Of a DNA stretch of 55,413 nucleotides, positions 47,072-53,667 are shown one piece after another. Positions within the stretch are counted from its first letter, which is position 1. Every line of letters starts with the position of its first letter. The notes below the pieces were generated by a model. It was not told the DNA's origin and searched no databases. It saw only the letters and a list, made by a program, of their open reading frames with translations. Origin of the DNA: an uncultured Gammaproteobacteria bacterium (GTDB taxonomy: Bacteria; Patescibacteriota; Microgenomatia; Levybacterales; JACOYD01); contig CAYUJR010000001.1 of assembly GCA_964445095.1 (NCBI GenBank), positions 48,283 to 103,695 of the forward strand, written 5' to 3'. A program made the translations under genes and the position numbers.

Positions 47072-48125
47072 AGAAATTTTCTTTACTATAGGTTAGCGAT
47101 GAAGTTTTAGCGCTTACGGACAATCTCTGCCAAACACGCTCCTCTCTAATAACCCATAGTGTTTTATCCTGTAGTTCAGGGAGGGTGTTCCAGAGTAATC
47201 CGTTCTTTTTATCTTTGACAATTTCTCTTTGACCTCCAGCGTTAATCACGATTGGCACAGTACCTGCTCCCATAGCTTCAACTGTAGAAATGCCAAAATG
47301 CTCCGCATATTCCGGATGTTTTATCAAATCTTCGCCGAAACCGCTGGCATGCCAATAAATTTTAGCCAGATTATAATAATTCCACAATTGTCTGTTATTC
47401 TGGTTAACTACAAACTGAATCGGTAATCCCTCTGTCCCTTTTTTCATCTCTTCTAACACATTTTTATCTTGGTCTTTTACGCTTACTGCTAACACCAGCT
47501 TCCAACCGCGTAATCCTTTTTTGAGCAGTTGCTTAAATGCTTTTACCAATACTGTTTGTTTTTTATAATCGCTAATAGGCCGACCCTCAATAGTAACATC
47601 TTTAACTCGCAGCCTGCCTACATTTAGGATAATATTTTCTTTTTGTATTTTCTTGGCATGTGTATCAACTGGAGGATATATTACCTTGGTATTTTTGCCA
47701 AACTTTTTGTCAACAAACGATTTAGTAAAATAGGAATTGCAAAATATATCAGCAATTCGAGTCAGTTTTAATTTTTCCCATAAAGAGAGTTTACTCAAAT
47801 GCTCCATTGGCTGCTGAAAATGGAGGAAAAGCTTGTGACATAGGAGAAAAGGAATACTCCCATCGCTTAAGATAATAATTATGTCAAATCTTCTGGATAT
47901 TAGAAGTCTTTTCCAGATGGTTACATCTTTAGAAAAAATGTTTTTGACAAATTTAACTCGAGATAGATCAATGGAAAAACGCTCTAGAAATTCTTTAATG
48001 TCTTTTTTACTATCCCAAAAAACACTCACTTCATGCTCTTTTGATAAGTACTCCGCTATAGACATCATGTATTTCTCGCCACCGCCTAAATCATCCATGT
48101 AGGGATTATAAATACCAATTTTCAT
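47040..48125 (-). CDS. Glycosyltransferase family 4 (GT-B)
   Basis: MKIGIYNPYMDDLGGGEKY start and EHFGISTVEAMGAGTVPIVINAGGQREIV motif. Confidence 0.8.
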   Translation of the reverse strand: MKIGIYNPYMDDLGGGEKYMMSIAEYLSKEHEVSVFWDSKKDIKEFLERFSIDLSRVKFVKNIFSKDVTIWKRLLISRRFDIIIILSDGSIPFLLCHKLFLHFQQPMEHLSKLSLWEKLKLTRIADIFCNSYFTKSFVDKKFGKNTKVIYPPVDTHAKKIQKENIILNVGRLRVKDVTIEGRPISDYKKQTVLVKAFKQLLKKGLRGWKLVLAVSVKDQDKNVLEEMKKGTEGLPIQFVVNQNNRQLWNYYNLAKIYWHASGFGEDLIKHPEYAEHFGISTVEAMGAGTVPIVINAGGQREIVKDKKNGLLWNTLPELQDKTLWVIREERVWQRLSVSAKTSSLTYSKENFYEKIDDIIKS

Positions 48126-50415
48126 AGATAAATTCTATCTGGCTTTCTCCGGCTGGAATAACAACTGCCCGAAAGGTGTAATCTGCTCTATAAATTTTAA
48201 CATCTTCTCCGCTTAATTTTGCTTTCCAACCGGGGTAAAAATTATCCGAGAGAAATAAAAATGCTGGACTGTCGGTCTTGACGGCAATAATAATTTTATT
48301 CGGGGTATATGAAATAATTTGGGCGCTTCCGCTGCCTTCTTTGCTTGGCGCAAAAAAAGGCTTATCTTCTACAATCAATGTCTTTCTAAAATCAAAGCTA
48401 TCGCTGTAAAATCTTTTGATTATTTCCCGATCGCTTTTTATCACCTCAAAATTATAAAAGAGTAAAGCTCTGGGTAATGCTAGATTATTTTTAAATAGCT
48501 GATGCTTGCTGTCTTGATAAGCCAATGTATATCTTTTTGGGTCCTGCCAAACCGGATAAGCCCAGCCGGCATTAGTATCGCTGATAGGATTAAAAATTAA
48601 AGAAACTCCTAATAGGTCTAACGCTCGGTCGGTAAATCTTCCCCGCCTATCAAGGTTTACCACCGACCGTTCTCCCTGTAAAAATTCTCCTGTACCCGCG
48701 CTTCTTATAAATTCGCCATAGCGGTTGACGTATAAAGGATCATAGCCTTCAATAATAGGAAAACCGTAATAAGAAGAAACCCCTGCTCCAATATTGCCAA
48801 AGATTCGCCCGCCCCCAATATTTTTTTTAATCGCCTCAATAACAGGAACCGGCGGATAAACTAATCCTTTTGGATCAAACGGCATCCATTTTTGGGCGAA
48901 GCGAAGGCTGTCGAAAGAAGCAACAAGTAACAGGTAACAAGTAATAAGTAATATAAATTTTTTATTAATTTTTAAAAGACCAACAAAAAATACTACGCCT
49001 ATAAATAATACTGTCGGCAAGACTAAATTTCTTTTTGCCACAATCAGCCATTCCTGTGGATATACTTTTCCAAAAAACAGCAGAAGCCAAATGGAAGCAA
49101 AAAAAACTGCCACCAAGGTAAATAATGCTATCATCTTTTTATTTTCCCTAACATCTCTAATTCCCCTAATTTCCCCAATGAGCCGGTCAAAACCAAATCC
49201 CGCCAGAACCGCCAGCGAAAAACTAAACAAAACAATAATTCTTGATTGAGCGCTTGTTGATAAAACAGGAATTTTTAAGGAGACTATAATATTAGAAATA
49301 TTAAGATTAATAGGAATATTATAAATATAAAAAACTGGGATGTATACAGCAAGAAGAAGTGATACTACTGCTAAAATTACAAAAAATGATATTTTCTTTA
49401 TCTGTATTCTCAAAATTGCATAAATGGCAAGCATTAATGGGATGATGCCGATAAACGACGCCCATTCGGCATAATGCCCAAACCAGTCATTTCGAGTAAC
49501 AGGATTACCAAAAAAATCCGGCGAAAAAACAGTAACAAGATATTGAAAAGGTATCGCCTCGCCTACTTGAAAAAGCTCACTGCGAACCGATTGACCATAA
49601 AGTCTTATCGATGGTAAGAGCTGTGGCAGTGAAAGAACTAAACCTAATAAAATAGCAACTAGCAATTGGTAATTAGCAATTAGTTTTTTAACCGATAGTG
49701 CATTAAAAAAAGTATAAGCAATAATTGCTACTAGAAAATATAAACCTATTTGAAAATGACCGGAGAAAAACGACAGAGGAATTGTCAGAGCAAGTAGTGC
49801 CAAAAAACGTATTTGTCTTTGCTGATAATATTTTTCAATAGCAAAAAGAGCAAGCGGCAAATATAAAATTGCAAAAGCCAATGTTCCATAAGCCATCCAT
49901 ACCACGATGAAGCCACAGAACATAAAACTAATACTACCAATCAGTAATCCCGTAGCGCTTATCTTAAGCGTTTTTAAAAACATCGACATGAAAATTCCTG
50001 CTAATAATGGTTGTAGAAGAATTAAAATGCTCCAGGCATCGATAAAGGGAAGTAAGGAAAAAAGAGCATTTCCAGGGGAAAGTACCGCCGATTGAAAATT
50101 GGCTAAATGAGGATTGCCGGAAAAACTATATGGGTTCCATAAGGGTATCTGACCGTTTTTCCACGTTTCGATAGTAAATTTCTTCCAGGGGTATATTTGG
50201 GTATGAACATCAGGCATGGCATTATTTTTGACCGGTCCCCAAAATTGTTCATAATGACTCCAGGGGGCAAAAAAATTTACCTGATAAGTCGAGGCATAGG
50301 GAACTTTTTCCTTAATAAAATAAGGACTGGCAAAAATAAACCAAAGCCCGAAGATAAAAATAATCGGCCAGAATCTTAATAAAAAGTTTTTAGTTTTAAG
50401 TTGTAGTTTTGACAT
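48106..50415 (-). CDS. YfhO-family GT-C membrane glycosyltransferase, paralog D of 4
   Basis: FFAPWSHY..IYPWKKF..NGQIPLWNPYSFSGNPH. C-terminal LSDNFYPGWKAKLSGEDVKIYRADYTFRAVVIPAGE. Start set to MSKLQLKTKN (ATG 50415). The track extension to 50502 would overlap the upstream GT2 by 107 nt. Confidence 0.8.
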   Translation of the reverse strand: MSKLQLKTKNFLLRFWPIIFIFGLWFIFASPYFIKEKVPYASTYQVNFFAPWSHYEQFWGPVKNNAMPDVHTQIYPWKKFTIETWKNGQIPLWNPYSFSGNPHLANFQSAVLSPGNALFSLLPFIDAWSILILLQPLLAGIFMSMFLKTLKISATGLLIGSISFMFCGFIVVWMAYGTLAFAILYLPLALFAIEKYYQQRQIRFLALLALTIPLSFFSGHFQIGLYFLVAIIAYTFFNALSVKKLIANYQLLVAILLGLVLSLPQLLPSIRLYGQSVRSELFQVGEAIPFQYLVTVFSPDFFGNPVTRNDWFGHYAEWASFIGIIPLMLAIYAILRIQIKKISFFVILAVVSLLLAVYIPVFYIYNIPINLNISNIIVSLKIPVLSTSAQSRIIVLFSFSLAVLAGFGFDRLIGEIRGIRDVRENKKMIALFTLVAVFFASIWLLLFFGKVYPQEWLIVAKRNLVLPTVLFIGVVFFVGLLKINKKFILLITCYLLLVASFDSLRFAQKWMPFDPKGLVYPPVPVIEAIKKNIGGGRIFGNIGAGVSSYYGFPIIEGYDPLYVNRYGEFIRSAGTGEFLQGERSVVNLDRRGRFTDRALDLLGVSLIFNPISDTNAGWAYPVWQDPKRYTLAYQDSKHQLFKNNLALPRALLFYNFEVIKSDREIIKRFYSDSFDFRKTLIVEDKPFFAPSKEGSGSAQIISYTPNKIIIAVKTDSPAFLFLSDNFYPGWKAKLSGEDVKIYRADYTFRAVVIPAGESQIEFIYENWYL
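48920..48954. repeat. Imperfect GTAACAA-type heptamer array in YfhO-like paralog D
   Basis: gcaacaa gtaacag gtaacaa gtaataa gtaatat. Encodes a TM segment, LLITCYLLLVA. Confidence 0.7.
49654..49688. repeat. Imperfect AGCAAYT-type heptamer array in YfhO-like paralog D
   Basis: agcaact agcaatt ggtaatt agcaatt agttttt. Encodes LIANYQLLVAI. Confidence 0.7.
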
Positions 50416-51175
50416 TTGAGTTTTGCGATTTGAGATTATTCTGTAACTCCCAAAGTCTGGCATAAGTAATAAACATACTAAAAGCTTGATATATACTCTC
50501 AATTAGTCCTACCGTCCCCGCCTTCCAACCGCTCTGTCTTATATACGAATCAAAAAATGCGGTAAGCATTACACGCGGAAACCGCCACCATGTCATTTGA
50601 GGATGTCCCGCTTTTAGCCGTAGCTCTGCCTCAATTTTAGACCACTCGATAGTTTTCTCAACCATTGAAGTAAAGTCTTTGTGCGTATAATGCAGTAGGA
50701 ATCCATCAAGCTCCCCTATTTTTCCATCAATAACCGGACTTTCGTGAAGCTGCCCTCGCCATTCTTTTAATGCATCTTTTCTAAAAAGCCGCTCTATTTT
50801 CTCAATATACGGCCACTCGTGCTTTCCGAAGTAGAAATTTTTCCTGCTAATCCTAAAAACAGCATAATTTTGATATTTGATATTTGATATTTGATATTTG
50901 ATATTGTCGCGAAGCGACGTTGTTATCCGTTCATCCGTATCCACATACAAAACCCATTCCCCTTTTGCCTCTTGTAATCCCTTATTTCTCAACTGGGCAA
51001 AACTGTCTGTATTAATAGTCAAGACTTTAGCCTTAAGATATTTAGCAACTTCTGCCGTCCTATCTGTCGACGAGTTATCAACTACAATTACCTCATCGGC
51101 AAAATCAACAGAGGTGATGGCATCAGCAATCTCACCCTCCGCATTTTTAGCAATAATAATAATTGACAGCTTCAT
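50396..51175 (-). CDS. Glycosyltransferase family 2 carrying a perfect heptanucleotide tract
   Basis: LSIIIIAKNAEGEI, VVDNSSTDRTAEVAK, VDTDE and RISRKNFYFGKHEWPY. Paralog of 21045..21800 and 52724..53632. Confidence 0.8.
   Translation of the reverse strand: MKLSIIIIAKNAEGEIADAITSVDFADEVIVVDNSSTDRTAEVAKYLKAKVLTINTDSFAQLRNKGLQEAKGEWVLYVDTDERITTSLRDNIKYQISNIKYQNYAVFRISRKNFYFGKHEWPYIEKIERLFRKDALKEWRGQLHESPVIDGKIGELDGFLLHYTHKDFTSMVEKTIEWSKIEAELRLKAGHPQMTWWRFPRVMLTAFFDSYIRQSGWKAGTVGLIESIYQAFSMFITYARLWELQNNLKSQNSNVKTTT
50414..50437. repeat. Imperfect ATTTGAG-family heptamers at the GT2 stop / YfhO start overlap
   Basis: atttgag ttttgcg atttgag att. Covers the C-terminal tail of 50396..51175 and lies immediately upstream of, and overlaps, the YfhO-like D start codon (ATG 50415). 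Confidence 0.6.
50869..50906. repeat. Perfect heptanucleotide tandem repeat (TTTGATA) about 5.4 copies, in-frame in a GT2 gene
   Basis: Five exact units at 50869-50903 plus a partial ttg. The coding-sense unit ATATCAA encodes NIKYQISNIKYQ. Confidence 0.95.
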
Positions 51176-52080
51176 AACTCGTAGCTTCCTCTACCAAATT
51201 TTCCCAGGTAAAAATCCAGCGCTCCTCTTTTTTGCCATAATCTACCATTGATTAATAACCCGAAACTTTCTCGCAAAAGTGCTAGTTTTGACCGAAGCGG
51301 TGCATATCTTATGCCAAAAAGCAACCGGTTTCTGGTAATGTAATAATCTTGAAGTGAGGAACCAGAACCGCCTGCTGAACCGGCGTTTTTGTGCCAGAGC
51401 ACTGCTCTTGGATTAAATACTATTTTAAAACCGGCTTTTTTTGCTCGAAGAGAAAAATCACTGTCTTCATAATACAAAAAATATTTATTGTCTAACATCC
51501 CAATTCTTTCAAAAACGCTTCTTTTAATCATCATGCAACACCCACTGGCGAAATCCGTTTCTTCTTCTTTTTCATATTGACCACCGTCAACATCGTCAAC
51601 GCCCCGGTGTCTACCAACGACATTTTCCCAATCAACTATTCCTCCCGCATACCAAATAACTTTCCCCAAATCTTCCTTTTTATATCTGTCTTTATGAAAT
51701 TCAAAACTAGGGGCAAAGTAAATTTTGGGGGCCACCATTCCGATCTTTTTGTCCGATTCTGCAACTTTAACAAGTTCGTTAACCAAATTTTTATCAACAA
51801 CAGTATCATTATTCAGAATAATAACGTACTCTGCCCCATTTCTTAGTGCATAATTAATGCCAACATTATTCCCTCCCGCAAATCCTAAATTCTCTTTATT
51901 TCTAATAATCTCTACCCTTTCCCCTTTACCCTCTACCCTAAACTCTTCTTTTGATCCGTTATCAACAACAATAGTTTGTAGTTTGTAGTTTGTAGTTTGT
52001 AGTTGACTAAGGCTCTCTAGGCACTCCAGTGTATCTCTAGTCCCATTCCAATGGAGGATGATTATAAAAACAGTTTTCAT
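51172..52080 (-). CDS. Glycosyltransferase family 2 (WbbL/rhamnosyltransferase-like class) carrying a perfect heptanucleotide tract
   Basis: VFIIILHWNGTRDTLECLESL, VVDNGS, NLGFAGGNNVG, ILNNDT and FLYYEDSDFSLR. Confidence 0.85.
   Translation of the reverse strand: MKTVFIIILHWNGTRDTLECLESLSQLQTTNYKLQTIVVDNGSKEEFRVEGKGERVEIIRNKENLGFAGGNNVGINYALRNGAEYVIILNNDTVVDKNLVNELVKVAESDKKIGMVAPKIYFAPSFEFHKDRYKKEDLGKVIWYAGGIVDWENVVGRHRGVDDVDGGQYEKEEETDFASGCCMMIKRSVFERIGMLDNKYFLYYEDSDFSLRAKKAGFKIVFNPRAVLWHKNAGSAGGSGSSLQDYYITRNRLLFGIRYAPLRSKLALLRESFGLLINGRLWQKRGALDFYLGKFGRGSYEL
51972..52004. repeat. Perfect heptanucleotide tandem repeat (TAGTTTG) about 4.7 copies, in-frame in a GT2 gene
   Basis: Four exact units at 51972-51999 plus a partial tagtt. 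The coding-sense unit CAAACTA encodes QLQTTNYKLQT. Confidence 0.95.
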
Positions 52081-52727
52081 TCCGTAGTAATTTTTACTCT
52101 GGCTTGAATAAGTTGAGTGCGGGCTCCTAATTGAGTTTTCATTTGCACCCGATAAAGCTTGTTGCCACTACCTAATCCCAAGGCAGTAGAAATCAATAGC
52201 TTTGGCTCTCCTCCTTCTATAGAAAGCTCCGAGGGCCATACCATATTTTTATCGCTCACATTATATAGTCTGACATAAGTTGTCTGATTACCGGTGGGAG
52301 TATAAAGCGAGGCTTCAAAAACTGCACTTTTTATCCGACCGTATTTAGTATTATCTATGTAGGTCTCAACTCCTGGAACATCTGTCCAATCCTTGGCTGT
52401 ACTCTCGCCTGAACCTAGCGATATCAAAAATTCCCGAGCCGGCCCAGCTACTTGACTGCCAATCGCACTAGTATTTTGCGCAGGAACAATATTAATAGAT
52501 GCTGTAGCTATTTTTACTATCTCTTCTACTTCCTGCCGAGTAATACCTATAGCATCAGCAGAAGCTGTCGCTACCGACTGCGATCCTCGTTCCACAAAAA
52601 CAACTTGCTTTTCCGGTAGATTTTTTTCCTGAACAAAAAATTTATAATCTAATAATATTAGATTACCTAAAGCGAGCAGTAAAATTATTCCCGCTAAAGC
52701 CAGTAGAACCCTTCGTAGTTTAGTCAT
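52077..52727 (-). CDS. Membrane-anchored extracytoplasmic protein of unknown function
   Basis: Start set to MTKLRRVLLALAGIILLLALGNLILL (ATGA overlap with the upstream stop at 52724). It has a single N-terminal TM anchor followed by a beta-rich soluble domain. No recognisable motif. Confidence 0.5.
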   Translation of the reverse strand: MTKLRRVLLALAGIILLLALGNLILLDYKFFVQEKNLPEKQVVFVERGSQSVATASADAIGITRQEVEEIVKIATASINIVPAQNTSAIGSQVAGPAREFLISLGSGESTAKDWTDVPGVETYIDNTKYGRIKSAVFEASLYTPTGNQTTYVRLYNVSDKNMVWPSELSIEGGEPKLLISTALGLGSGNKLYRVQMKTQLGARTQLIQARVKITTE

Positions 52728-53632
52728 AAAAACTTCCTTTGCAGTTTTAATAATAATTTTTCCCAAATATTTTTACTGTCATTTAAGCGTGCTGTGATTA
52801 GCCAAAAATTTAACTCTCCTCTTAGCTTTTTTGACTCATTCTGGAGCGAATTGAGGGAAATTTTGTCCGTCGGCGCAAAATTTTTCTTCTCCCAAACAGT
52901 CACAAAAACAATCAAATGATAAAAGGCCATTAGTAGGCTTAAAACTAGTCCATGAAGTCCATCTTTATAACCTTGTTGGGCAAAAAAACGATTAATGAAC
53001 TCTTTGGCCGGCATCCTAATGCTATCCAAGTAGTTGAATTGATAATTATTTCTTAGCAGGTTTTGAGCTTCGTTGGGAGTATAAATATAGGTAAGTTTAT
53101 TTAAAAATTGACTGACATTATCGTAGTTTAAGTGCTCGAGATGGTTAGTCAATTTTTCTGTGAGGCCGGCAACTTCTACCATTTCATGAACATGCCGTTC
53201 GGGAAACTTACCCTTGCCTTTCTTGAATAACCTTAATTGATAGTCCGGATACCAACCGGTGTGACGCATCCATTTGCCAAAAATGATATTTTTTCTGGGA
53301 ATCCAGTAGCCACTGATGGCTGATGGCTGATGGCTGATGGCTAAGAGTATTTCTTTTTTAAGCTCTGGTGTAACTCGTTCATCCGCATCCAAACTAAGAA
53401 TCCAATCTCCCGTGGCTTTAGTAAATCCGAAGTTCTTATTGACATTAAGCATTGGGTTGTTGGACCGGGCATAGATTCTTGAGGTGTATTCTTTGGCAAT
53501 TTGGGCGGTTTTATCGGTTGAGGAGTTATCAATAAATATTATCTCATCCGCCAGCTGGCAGATTGACCCTAGACAATCGCGAATCTTGTCTTCCTCATTA
53601 AAAGCAGAGATAACTACCGACAGTCCTATCAC
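52724..53632 (-). CDS. Glycosyltransferase family 2 carrying a perfect heptanucleotide tract
   Basis: GTG start. LSVVISAFNEEDKI, FIDNSSTDKTAQIAK, SLDADE and GYWIPRKNIIFGKWMRHTGWYPDY. Confidence 0.8.
   Translation of the reverse strand: MIGLSVVISAFNEEDKIRDCLGSICQLADEIIFIDNSSTDKTAQIAKEYTSRIYARSNNPMLNVNKNFGFTKATGDWILSLDADERVTPELKKEILLAISHQPSAISGYWIPRKNIIFGKWMRHTGWYPDYQLRLFKKGKGKFPERHVHEMVEVAGLTEKLTNHLEHLNYDNVSQFLNKLTYIYTPNEAQNLLRNNYQFNYLDSIRMPAKEFINRFFAQQGYKDGLHGLVLSLLMAFYHLIVFVTVWEKKNFAPTDKISLNSLQNESKKLRGELNFWLITARLNDSKNIWEKLLLKLQRKFL
53313..53342. repeat. Perfect heptanucleotide tandem repeat (CTGATGG) about 4.3 copies, in-frame in a GT2 gene
   Basis: Four exact units at 53313-53340 plus a partial ct. 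The coding-sense unit CCATCAG encodes ISHQPSAIS. Confidence 0.95.
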
Positions 53633-53639
53633 ATCTACA

Positions 53640-53667
53640 ATTGTATCAATTTGAGGGATTTTTTCAA
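53640..53667 (-). promoter_or_regulatory. Sigma70-type promoter with extended -10 (GT2 52724..53632)
   Basis: Minus strand: TTGAAA (53667-53662), 16-nt spacer, TGaTACAAT (-10 at 53645-53640), then 7 nt to GTG 53632. Confidence 0.6.

Noticed and set aside
2208-51846. Many 60-117-aa ORFs on the opposite strand or in another frame within large genes. Examples are 2208..2399, 3262..3474, 3605..3943, 4193..4591, 7732..8033, 11856..12116, 13178..13393, 16769..17044, 17354..17602, 30562..30861, 35429..35713, 38125..38409, 44464..44793, 45474..45821, 47881..48102, 50898..51251 and 51577..51846.
   Set aside because: Each is nested inside a longer ORF with clear family motifs. Their translations are compositionally odd mirror images of AT-rich coding DNA, and none has its own promoter or start context.
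50869-53342. Possibility that the short tandem repeats represent CRISPR arrays.
   Set aside because: The units are 7 nt, directly abutting with no spacers, inside intact ORFs, and no cas genes are present.
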